59,525 bases of DNA from a virus. Lineage: Duplodnaviria > Caudoviricetes. Positions 9,785 through 18,269 of this stretch are shown here, piece by piece (within the stretch, counting starts at the first letter, position 1; each line of letters opens with the position of its first letter). The translations under genes and the position numbers were made by a program. The stretch is from the IMG/VR virus record IMGVR_UViG_3300044530_001484, positions 1-59,525 of that record; one strand, given 5' to 3'. The notes below the pieces were generated by a model that did no database searches, was not told the origin of the DNA, and saw only the letters and a program-made list of their open reading frames with translations.

Positions 9785-11434
9785 ATGAGTAGAGATATAT
9801 ACTGGCTAAACAAGGACTCTAGAAAATTTCTAGAGAGAGACTACCTCACAAAAGATGAGACACCAGAGCAACGCATTAGAGATATTGCTGATGCTGCTGA
9901 GAGATATTTAGGTATAAAAGGCTTTGCTGATAAGTTTGAGTCTTATATGCATCGTGGCTTTTATTCTTTATCTACTCCTATCTGGAGTAATTTTGGTAGA
10001 GAGCGTGGCGCTCCTATCTCATGCTTTGGTTCTTATATTCCAGACGATATGAATAAAATTCTCACTAAGATAGGCGAGATTGGTGCTATGTCTAAAATTG
10101 GCGGAGGTACTTCAGGATACTTTGGTGCTATCAGACCTCGAGGTTCTATTATTAATTCTGGTGGAACTGCTACCGGCGTCCATCACCAGCTTACTGTATT
10201 TGATTCTCTAGTTAACTATGTATCACAAGGTAACGTTCGCCGTGGTTCTTTCGCTGCTTATCTTCCTATTGATCATGGTGATATTGAAGAGTTTCTAGGT
10301 ATCAGAGGCGAAGGTAATGACATTCAAGATCTTTCTATTGGTGTTACTATTACTAACGAATGGATGCGCTCGATGGTAGAAGGTGATAGGGATAAACGTA
10401 AGATATGGGGACTTGTTATTAAAAAGCGCTTTGAATCTGGCTACCCTTACTTGTTCTTTACAGATAATGTTAATGATCAAGCACCGCAAGTCTATAAAGA
10501 TAAAGGTCTAAAGATTAATCATTCTAATCTTTGTACGGAGATCTTTCTTTCTAACGGGGAGGATGAATCGTTTGTATGTGATCTTTCCTCCATTAACCTT
10601 GAGCGTTGGGATGATCTTGAAGATACAGATGCTATTGAAACTCTAGTATACTTCCTTGACGCAGTAATGACTGAGTTTATCGATAAGACAGAAGGAGTTC
10701 CATTTATGGAAGCACCACGTAAGTTCGCTATTAATCAACGTGCTGTTGGTGTTGGTGTACTTGGTTGGCATTCTTATCTTCAATCGAAGTCTGTTGCTTT
10801 CGAGTCTATGGAAGCAAAACTTATTAACTGTGAAGTATTTAGCAAGCTGCGTAAGAAAGCTGACACGGCTTCTAAAGATCTAGCTAAACTTTTTGGTGAA
10901 CCTCCGCTACTCGAAGGATATGGAAGACGTAATACTACTACCCTCGCTATCGCTCCTACTACATCAAGCTCATTTATATTAGGTCAAGTTAGTCAAGGTA
11001 TTGAACCTCTACGTGATAACTACTTTGTTAAGAATCTCGCTAAGGGTAAATTCTCTTATAAGAATCCTTACTTAGTCAAACTCCTTAAAACTAAGGATCA
11101 AGATACACTTGAAGTGTGGAAAGATATTCTTTCACATGGTGGATCTATTCAACATTTAACATTCCTTACTCAAGACGAAAAAGATATCTTTAAAACATTC
11201 GGTGAGATTTCTCAAAAGGAAATTATTATTCAAGCTGCACAAAGACAGAAGTTTATCGATCAAGGTCAATCATTAAATGTAATGGTACCTCCTTCCGCTA
11301 AACCTAAGGATGTCAGTGAGTTATATATCTTTGCTTGGGAGCAAGGTATTAAGTCTTTATACTATCAACGTAGCGCAAACCCTGCTCAAGAACTTGCAAG
11401 AAGTATCTTGAATTGTGCATCGTGTGAAGCGTAA
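9785..11434 (+). CDS. nrdA: Ribonucleotide reductase alpha subunit (no ATP cone)
   Basis: ISCF, SNLCTE, APTTSSS, DQGQS, KSLYY and C-terminal CASCE. Confidence 0.95.
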   Translation: MSRDIYWLNKDSRKFLERDYLTKDETPEQRIRDIADAAERYLGIKGFADKFESYMHRGFYSLSTPIWSNFGRERGAPISCFGSYIPDDMNKILTKIGEIGAMSKIGGGTSGYFGAIRPRGSIINSGGTATGVHHQLTVFDSLVNYVSQGNVRRGSFAAYLPIDHGDIEEFLGIRGEGNDIQDLSIGVTITNEWMRSMVEGDRDKRKIWGLVIKKRFESGYPYLFFTDNVNDQAPQVYKDKGLKINHSNLCTEIFLSNGEDESFVCDLSSINLERWDDLEDTDAIETLVYFLDAVMTEFIDKTEGVPFMEAPRKFAINQRAVGVGVLGWHSYLQSKSVAFESMEAKLINCEVFSKLRKKADTASKDLAKLFGEPPLLEGYGRRNTTTLAIAPTTSSSFILGQVSQGIEPLRDNYFVKNLAKGKFSYKNPYLVKLLKTKDQDTLEVWKDILSHGGSIQHLTFLTQDEKDIFKTFGEISQKEIIIQAAQRQKFIDQGQSLNVMVPPSAKPKDVSELYIFAWEQGIKSLYYQRSANPAQELARSILNCASCEA

Positions 11435-11450
11435 TGAACTAAATAACTTT

Positions 11451-12098
11451 ATGAAATGGAAGTATAATCTAAACGAGGTAAATGGAGCAGGTGAGGATGA
11501 TATCGATAGTAAGACACAACAAATCTTTATTAACACAGGAGGACCTAGTAGTCAATTAAGTAGTAATATAAGAGTAGTTGAGAACACAATTTTCTTTTAC
11601 TCTGATATAACGGAACAATCTGCTTTAGATTTGAACTGCATTCTTTATGAACTTGATGCTAAACTTAAAAACACATATAACTTTTTGGGTCCTGATTTTG
11701 TTCCTCATATTAAGTTACGAATTAATTCCTATGGTGGGTCTGTATTTGCAGGTATGGCTATACTCGACACTATTAGGAACCTTAAATCAGAAGTTCATAC
11801 TTATATCGATGGTGCTGCTGCTTCAGCAGCTACGATTATATCTGTCGCTGGTAAGAAAAGATTTATAGGTAAGAATTCTCTAATGCTTATTCATCAACTA
11901 TCATCTGGTAGTTATGGTAAGTTTTCTGAGATGGAAGATGATATGGAAAACAATCGTCGTATCATGAAGATGATTAAAGATATTTACAAGCAATATACAA
12001 AGGTTCCAATGAAACAAATAGATGAGATACTAAAGCATGATCTTTGGTTTGAATCGTCCAAGTGTATAGAGCTTGGACTAGTTGATCAGGTTCTATGA
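11451..12098 (+). CDS. clpP: ClpP-like serine protease
   Basis: INSYGG, AASAAT (Ser), IHQ (His), HDLW (Asp). Start moved from 11415 to 11451, since TAAATA lies at 11440-11445. Confidence 0.8.
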   Translation: MKWKYNLNEVNGAGEDDIDSKTQQIFINTGGPSSQLSSNIRVVENTIFFYSDITEQSALDLNCILYELDAKLKNTYNFLGPDFVPHIKLRINSYGGSVFAGMAILDTIRNLKSEVHTYIDGAAASAATIISVAGKKRFIGKNSLMLIHQLSSGSYGKFSEMEDDMENNRRIMKMIKDIYKQYTKVPMKQIDEILKHDLWFESSKCIELGLVDQVL

Positions 12099-12349
12099 TA
12101 TTTGGTATTCTGTATGCAGTATGTTTTTTCATCTGCTACTTACCACAAATTTATAGGACTATAAGATATAAGAGCGTAGAGGGGTTAAGCTTCTCTATGT
12201 TCTTGCTTTCCTTACTTGGTTATATTTTTTGTGGAATGTATATGATATACGGTGTTGGTTTCAATATAGGTATGGCTATTAATAGCATACTAGGTACTAT
12301 ATGCTGTTTATTAATGATGTTTTATATTATAAAATATAAAACTAATTAA
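12095..12349 (+). CDS. PQ-loop/SemiSWEET-like membrane protein
   Basis: 84 aa, three hydrophobic segments, YLPQIYRT..KSVEGLS motif. Confidence 0.75.
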   Translation: MIFGILYAVCFFICYLPQIYRTIRYKSVEGLSFSMFLLSLLGYIFCGMYMIYGVGFNIGMAINSILGTICCLLMMFYIIKYKTN

Positions 12350-13596
12350 GCACTAGGTGGAGCTGTTTCACTTGAACCTGATTGTATACCGCCGTGTGTA
12401 TGATTTTTGAGAGATATACCATCAGCAATTACATCTACTTTAGATGTAATTGTTTTATCTGCATCTATAGTACCCTTGCATATTATATTACCTAGTACGG
12501 TTAAATTACCACCTACAACTAGATCTCCAGATATTATTTGATTACCTAATACACTTAACCCAGGTTCGATAAAAATATCTGTACCGCCCTTAATATTAAC
12601 ATTAGCTCCCTCTATCTCTATCAAATCACCCGAGGTAATAAACACATGACCCGTCGATCCTCCTCCTGCTCCACCTGTAATATTAACTTGTGCACCGCCT
12701 ATGTATGTTATACCTTGACCAGCTAGTCTCAAAGGACCACTGGTACCAAATGTTATACCACCAGCGGCTGAATTAAAGTCTAACTTATTACCAGCTTGAA
12801 AGTGAACATTACCAAAAGGTATATTTGAAGCTACATCTTTTTCTTCAAAGTATGGTGCTGATATTTGTTTTGTCTTTACTGTTTTATCACCATCATATGT
12901 AAGCTTATCATTTACAGCTCGACCGTTTGGATTTATAAATACTGTATCAAAGTTAGCTGGAGCAGCGCCTGCTGCTATTAATATATCTTTACCTGATAGT
13001 AATTTAATACTGCCACCATTACCCATTAATTGTTCGTAAGGTGTAAGCTTTTTCTGAGTATCTTTATAAAACTCCGACAGGTTCTGATGAGCTTTATTAG
13101 GTTCGAAGTTTTTGCCTTGTGTAGATCCAGTTTCAGGGTCAGGTGCATCACCTTTAGGTTCATGTACAGTACCTGTTACGTTACCGAATCCCGGTTGCAT
13201 CATTTCCGGACTTGACTTTATTGCTGCTAGTTTAGCTTGCTCAGCCATATAACCATCCATTAACGGTGTATTGTACATGTTAGTGTCACCGGTTAAAAAG
13301 GTAATATCACCATAAACTCTATGCTCTGCTTCTTGCGATATTAAATTATAACTACCTTTTGAGGTATGGAAAGTGTTGCCGTTTGTAAGTGTTTGTCTAT
13401 TATTAGGATTGAACTCTGAAGTTACTTGATTAGCAAATGTTAAATGACTACCGGATTTATGTGCGAGATGTATATACTCTCTGCCTGTTGAATTATTAAA
13501 CGTCATAGCACCTGCTGTATGATTCCATACAGCTTTATTTCTATAGTTGTTTACTTCGTTTGGATTATTAACAGGAATCTCTACTGGAGTCGACAT
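12346..13596 (-). CDS. Baseplate spike / gp5 C-terminal beta-helix-like protein
   Basis: EYIHLAHKSGS, Gly-rich beta repeats, and terminal SLKNHTHGG (HxH metal-binding spike tip). Confidence 0.7.
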   Translation of the reverse strand: MSTPVEIPVNNPNEVNNYRNKAVWNHTAGAMTFNNSTGREYIHLAHKSGSHLTFANQVTSEFNPNNRQTLTNGNTFHTSKGSYNLISQEAEHRVYGDITFLTGDTNMYNTPLMDGYMAEQAKLAAIKSSPEMMQPGFGNVTGTVHEPKGDAPDPETGSTQGKNFEPNKAHQNLSEFYKDTQKKLTPYEQLMGNGGSIKLLSGKDILIAAGAAPANFDTVFINPNGRAVNDKLTYDGDKTVKTKQISAPYFEEKDVASNIPFGNVHFQAGNKLDFNSAAGGITFGTSGPLRLAGQGITYIGGAQVNITGGAGGGSTGHVFITSGDLIEIEGANVNIKGGTDIFIEPGLSVLGNQIISGDLVVGGNLTVLGNIICKGTIDADKTITSKVDVIADGISLKNHTHGGIQSGSSETAPPSA

Positions 13597-13602
13597 ATTA
13601 TT

Positions 13603-14268
13603 TTATTTGGTTGGTGGTGTTGTAGTTGGTGCTTTTGTATTTTCAAAGACATTTGGATAATCAGGGTATGCAGTACCTACACCGTATATTTGTTCTATTT
13701 CAGTACCAGAGTTTATCTTGCCTAGCACTATCGGCAATCCTCGAGCGCCATTTATAAAGCCTACTAAAACTTTAGAACCAACAGCAGGCATACTAAACAT
13801 ACCCTTACCAGAATCAGAATAATTTTCTGTTACGTAACAATTACCATACGGGTTTACATTAGCAGTCATGTTGTAACTAGGGCCCCCGGAGTATTCATCT
13901 AGATTTTGTGATGCAAACATTGCTGCAGGCGCTGTTGTATAATTAGTAGGATGCGTGAAGTTACTCATATCATTACCATCCGCTAAAGAGGACGCATCTT
14001 TTGTATAATTATATTTTGAAGCGGAACTCTCACCTGCTATGGGAGCAACAACATATGCCCATATTTCAAAATCATCAGCTTTTTTAATTGCACCTGCATT
14101 TAAATCGCCGCCTATATTTGATCCAGGTGTTTTATAATTTATAACATCACTACCTACAATTGTTAGTCCGGGGATCACTACCTTAACACGTCCTAGATAT
14201 TGACCTGCGTCTTTGTTAGCAAAATCAGCATTTTTTATTACAGTGCCGATATGTAAAGTATTAATCAT
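13603..14268 (-). CDS. Baseplate hub gp5/VgrG N-terminal OB-fold protein
   Basis: LGRVKV...WA...PAVGSKVLVGFING..PIVLG. Confidence 0.7.
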   Translation of the reverse strand: MINTLHIGTVIKNADFANKDAGQYLGRVKVVIPGLTIVGSDVINYKTPGSNIGGDLNAGAIKKADDFEIWAYVVAPIAGESSASKYNYTKDASSLADGNDMSNFTHPTNYTTAPAAMFASQNLDEYSGGPSYNMTANVNPYGNCYVTENYSDSGKGMFSMPAVGSKVLVGFINGARGLPIVLGKINSGTEIEQIYGVGTAYPDYPNVFENTKAPTTTPPTK

Positions 14269-14882
14269 TATATTAGTTTTGTTGTGTTAATTTGACTTGT
14301 AGCTTTATCAACTGAGTTGCTTATTTTACTTGTATAACGTTCTATAACATTACCAGGTTGTGATAACTTTTCCGAAGCTTTACTAACAAGTTTACTTATA
14401 CTAGATGAACCCGCATTAACATCTTTAGCTAGTTTTTTACTTATATCTCCTATCAGTGAACCTGCAACACACTTTAACATTTCCGCTGCAGCAAATCTAC
14501 AATTGTCTTGATCAGCACGAAAATTAATAATATCATTTACTAGCTTCTTAAGATCTTTAATTGTTTGTTCAATAAATTTTATAGTTGCTAATATTGTAGC
14601 TTGTATCTGTAGCAATTGATTTACAACTCCTGATATCTGATTAACAGCATCATTAATTATATCTGTTATCATTCCTGTTAAACCAGCAACGATACTCGAC
14701 ATTACACCGAGAGCTTGATTCTGTAAAGAGCTTAATACCCCTTTTGCTACATTGCCTAGTATACCTGGTAACCCGGTAAGAATAGAGGGTAGACACATAA
14801 CACCTTTTGCAACAGATGTTAACGCACCAACCTTATTATTGACTGCAGAGGCTAATCCTCCTACACTGTTAAATAAAGCCAT
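14268..14882 (-). CDS. Hypothetical helical protein, probably baseplate-associated
   Basis: Coupled to the gp5-like genes; TAAATA at 14894-14899. Confidence 0.55.
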   Translation of the reverse strand: MALFNSVGGLASAVNNKVGALTSVAKGVMCLPSILTGLPGILGNVAKGVLSSLQNQALGVMSSIVAGLTGMITDIINDAVNQISGVVNQLLQIQATILATIKFIEQTIKDLKKLVNDIINFRADQDNCRFAAAEMLKCVAGSLIGDISKKLAKDVNAGSSSISKLVSKASEKLSQPGNVIERYTSKISNSVDKATSQINTTKLI

Positions 14883-14903
14883 ATATTTTAAATTATTTAA
14901 TGC

Positions 14904-14932
14904 TTGAATTCGTTAAGGAACTACATTATAAT
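14904..14932 (+). promoter_or_regulatory. Sigma70-type promoter
   Basis: TTGAAT-N17-TATAAT, 6 nt before ATG 14939. Confidence 0.7.
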
Positions 14933-14938
14933 ATTATT

Positions 14939-15742
14939 ATGTTGGTATCTCATGAGTCTCCTATTTCAATTCTAGATCATTCTAGGCACTATAACGATTA
15001 CGAATATGCTCTCGTGCATTTATTTGAAACACATCCTAAGTATTATAACTTCTTTAAAACGTCTCTTTCACTAGGACGTGAGGTAATGCTCGACAATTCT
15101 ATTTTTGAGCTGGGTACAGCTTTTGATAGTGTTAAATTTGCAGGGTATATTAACGAGCTTAAACCTACATATTATATTGTACCTGATGTATTGGAAGAGA
15201 GTAAAGCTACTATGGAATCTTTTTGGAGCTTTATAACTGAGTATGAGGATCTTCCAGGTCTTAAAGTAGGTGTTGTTCAAGGTAAGACATATGATGAGAT
15301 TATTGCATGTTACGAGTTTATGGTAGGGTATGCTGACTATATTGCAATTTCATTTGATTATTCTTATTATCAGATCATAGGTAGAGCTACAAGTGATAAT
15401 CCTGAACGAGCAAAACTAGAGCGAATGTGTGATGGTCGTCAGAAGCTTATTAATATGTTAATTGCAGATGGTATTTGGGAGCATACAAAGCCTCACCATC
15501 TTTTAGGTTGTTCACTATCGAAAGAGTTTAGTCATTACGCAAATATTAAGAGTATTCGTAGTGTAGATACTTCCAACCCTGTTGTAGCAGGAATCGTTGG
15601 TCAGCGATATCTTAGAGAGATCGGACTATATAATAAACCTAAGGTACTTCTTGCTGATCTTATTGATGCAGAATTAACTGCAGATCAGATGAGCGATGTA
15701 ATTTATAACGTAGAGGAATTTAAAAATATTTGTAACGCATGA
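14939..15742 (+). CDS. TGT-fold protein, putative DpdA-like 7-deazaguanine DNA transglycosylase
   Basis: MLDNSIFE, IVPDVL, VGVVQG, HHLLG and SVDTS parallel TGT motifs; clustered with queF. Start moved from 14900. Confidence 0.6.
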   Translation: MLVSHESPISILDHSRHYNDYEYALVHLFETHPKYYNFFKTSLSLGREVMLDNSIFELGTAFDSVKFAGYINELKPTYYIVPDVLEESKATMESFWSFITEYEDLPGLKVGVVQGKTYDEIIACYEFMVGYADYIAISFDYSYYQIIGRATSDNPERAKLERMCDGRQKLINMLIADGIWEHTKPHHLLGCSLSKEFSHYANIKSIRSVDTSNPVVAGIVGQRYLREIGLYNKPKVLLADLIDAELTADQMSDVIYNVEEFKNICNA

Positions 15743-16296
15743 AAGATATCTCCTGGTTGGTACTCTTTTCACAAACAGGTTCTGAGATTGCTAATATCTC
15801 AGATAAACTAGGCATTAAGCCGAGTAAAATTTTAACTGATAACTCTGATATAACTAGACACGATAAACGGATTACAGAAAGTACATTTTGGTGTGTTAAG
15901 GGTAATACATATGAGCAAAAGTTAGCTTATTACCGTCAACTCTTTGAAGGTTATGATGTTATAACTCTACACGGCTGGCTTAATATTATTCCAAAAGAAA
16001 TTTGTAAGGAGTTTAAAATTTATAATGGTCACCCCGGACTTATTAATTATTATTCAGAGTTAAAAGGAAAAGATCCTCAAGTAAGAGCTTATGATAGAAT
16101 TGGAGAATATTTGTATGTTGGTAGTGTTATCCATGAAGTTACGGAGTATGTTGATTGCGGTCGTATTATTTGTTATGATAAAGTATCTAATGTACATTGT
16201 ACGTCGTTAGATGAGACGTATAAGGTTTTAAAACAAACCTCTCTTAATTCTTGGGTTGATTTCTTTAACAATAAACGTTATAATATTGTATGTTAA
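15739..16296 (+). CDS. PurN-like formyltransferase (putative DpdN-type preQ1 formyltransferase)
   Basis: LFSQTGS, YNGHPGL and GSVIHEV..VDCG are formyltransferase motifs; ATGA overlap with the TGT-like gene. Confidence 0.75.
   Translation: MKDISWLVLFSQTGSEIANISDKLGIKPSKILTDNSDITRHDKRITESTFWCVKGNTYEQKLAYYRQLFEGYDVITLHGWLNIIPKEICKEFKIYNGHPGLINYYSELKGKDPQVRAYDRIGEYLYVGSVIHEVTEYVDCGRIICYDKVSNVHCTSLDETYKVLKQTSLNSWVDFFNNKRYNIVC
16256..16284 (+). promoter_or_regulatory. Sigma70-type promoter
   Basis: TTGATT-N17-TATAAT, 5 nt before ATG 16290. Confidence 0.65.
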
Positions 16297-16883
16297 TTTC
16301 TTTTTCTGGAGCGCAGAGTACAGGTAAGAGCACTCTACTCAAGTTGTGTCAAGATATGATTCCTGAGTGGAATTATATTCCTGAGATTACACGACTTGTG
16401 AAGAGGGAGTATGATCTACCAATTAACGAGGGTGGTAATGATATAACACAAATGATGATTACGGGTGAGCATTTACGAAATGCATATACTAAGCGAGATA
16501 ATCCTACTATTCTTGATAGGTGTTCGTTAGATGGGTTAGTGTATACTCACTGGTTGTGTGATCATGGAAATGTCTCTATGGGTGCTTACAATCATGCTCG
16601 TTGGACATTTGACAATACTATCAACAAGTATGATCTTATTGTATATACCCAGCCTGAAGATGTACCGGTAGATAATGATGGTGAACGAAGTGTCAATGTT
16701 GAATTTAGAAATCAAATAATTGAACTGTTTGAAAGTTATATGGCAAGTATTCCTCCTACCAAACTTCTTCGTGTTACAGGATCGGTTAAAGAACGAATGA
16801 CATTTATGATGCTTCAGTTTGAATTAATGGGATTAAACACAATGTTCAATAGAGACTTGCATCCTTATAAAAATAAACTATAA
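16290..16883 (+). CDS. P-loop nucleotide kinase (NadR/AAA_28/dNMP kinase-like)
   Basis: GAQSTGKST Walker A, LDRCSLD and DGER. Confidence 0.75.
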   Translation: MLISFSGAQSTGKSTLLKLCQDMIPEWNYIPEITRLVKREYDLPINEGGNDITQMMITGEHLRNAYTKRDNPTILDRCSLDGLVYTHWLCDHGNVSMGAYNHARWTFDNTINKYDLIVYTQPEDVPVDNDGERSVNVEFRNQIIELFESYMASIPPTKLLRVTGSVKERMTFMMLQFELMGLNTMFNRDLHPYKNKL

Positions 16884-16884
16884 T
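16857..16884 (+). promoter_or_regulatory. Sigma70-type promoter
   Basis: TTGCAT-N16-TATAAT, 5 nt before ATG 16890. Confidence 0.6.
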
Positions 16885-16889
16885 AATTT

Positions 16890-17840
16890 ATGGCAGCAAA
16901 AAAGAAAAAAACAGAATTAGATAATTCCAGAATTAGTAAGCATCTCGGTCAATCATCAGAGTATAAAAGCTCTTATGATCCTTCTTTGCTAGTTCGCGAA
17001 CCTCGTCAATCAAATAGAACTCATCTCGGTCTTGAAGATGAAGATCTTCCGTTTGTAGGTTATGATACTTGGAATGCCTACGAGGTATCTGGATTAACTA
17101 ATTTTGGCTTACCTGTTGTAGGTATTGCAAAAATTGTATATCCGTGTGCTAGTAAGTATATTGTTGAGTCAAAATCGCATAAGTTGTATTTTAATTCGTT
17201 TAATATGACGAAGCTTGGTGATACTGCGCAAGAAGTTCTCAATGAAATTAGTGCTTGTGTTACAAAAGACTTATCTGAGCTACTTGAGTGTAGTGTTCGT
17301 GTTACTGTTGCAAGTAACGAATATGTATTAAGTGAAAATACGTCTGCATATACTGAATGGAGTCACGATCAGAAGCTTCTACGTCAACGTTCATATATTA
17401 CTCTTGAAGAAGAGTATCCTATTGATAATGTAGAGTTTAGTGTTTATAATGAAACACCTGAGCTGCTTGAAGTGCTAGATTCCGAAGTTCGTGATGTTTA
17501 CTACCATAGTGCTCTTCTTAAATCTAACTGCAGAGTAACCTCACAACCCGACTGGGGTGATGTGTATATTCATATGTCTGGATCTAAGACTGTTGATCCT
17601 ATCTCTCTTCTTAAGTATATTGTATCATTTAGAGATGAGTGTCACTTCCATGAGGAAATTTGTGAGACCATCTACAAGCGCTTACATGATATTGTGCAAC
17701 CTGAAGCGTTAGTGGTACGTTGCTTATATGCTCGCCGCGGTGGTTTGGATATTAATCCTGAACGAGCTTCACATAAGAGTTTACTACATTACACTCTAAG
17801 CGATAGCTCTGTACCTCATATTAAGACTCCAAAGCAGTAA
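16890..17840 (+). CDS. queF: NADPH-dependent 7-cyano-7-deazaguanine reductase (bimodular QueF)
   Basis: WNAYE, VESKSHKLY, KSNCRVTSQPDWG (catalytic Cys), FHEEICE and YARRGG. Confidence 0.93.
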   Translation: MAAKKKKTELDNSRISKHLGQSSEYKSSYDPSLLVREPRQSNRTHLGLEDEDLPFVGYDTWNAYEVSGLTNFGLPVVGIAKIVYPCASKYIVESKSHKLYFNSFNMTKLGDTAQEVLNEISACVTKDLSELLECSVRVTVASNEYVLSENTSAYTEWSHDQKLLRQRSYITLEEEYPIDNVEFSVYNETPELLEVLDSEVRDVYYHSALLKSNCRVTSQPDWGDVYIHMSGSKTVDPISLLKYIVSFRDECHFHEEICETIYKRLHDIVQPEALVVRCLYARRGGLDINPERASHKSLLHYTLSDSSVPHIKTPKQ

Positions 17841-17860
17841 TTCTTAATATATCATATATT

Positions 17861-17891
17861 AAAACCCTACCCTAAAAGGTAGGGTTTTTTT
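17861..17891 (+). terminator. Intrinsic terminator
   Basis: aaaaccctacc-ctaaaa-ggtagggttttttt hairpin with T-run after queF. Confidence 0.85.
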
Positions 17892-17912
17892 GTCTGATGA
17901 ATAAATACTGTT

Positions 17913-18236
17913 ATGGCGGCAGTTCCAACAACTAATAACGGTTCAACATTTTATAATCAGAACGACTGTAGATCGTTTAAACAGTCTATCGGTACAGCAT
18001 TAGTGCAGCTTTCATCTTACCCTTGTTCAGAGGTTATTATTACAAATAAAACAGGTGTTAATGTTACCATATTTGATAATGGGTACAACAATGCACTTAA
18101 CTCAATGCTATTAAGTAATAATGATACGTATACATTTAGAGGTATAACAAATACATCGGTTGTATCAGCTAGTGCAGCATCTACTGGTGATATATACTTT
18201 AGAACACAATACTTTAGTGTCTTACCACAAAGGTAA
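17913..18236 (+). CDS. Hypothetical virion protein
   Basis: Ser/Thr/Asn-rich; TAAATA at 17902-17907. Confidence 0.6.
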   Translation: MAAVPTTNNGSTFYNQNDCRSFKQSIGTALVQLSSYPCSEVIITNKTGVNVTIFDNGYNNALNSMLLSNNDTYTFRGITNTSVVSASAASTGDIYFRTQYFSVLPQR

Positions 18237-18269
18237 TTGCATTAATTAGAGTTTGACTAAATATATTAA

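Noticed and set aside
15739-16296. Annotation as a purine-synthesis auxiliary gene purN
   Set aside because: No other pur genes are present, and it is coupled to the TGT-like gene near queF, so a base-modification role fits better. purN activity is not formally excluded.
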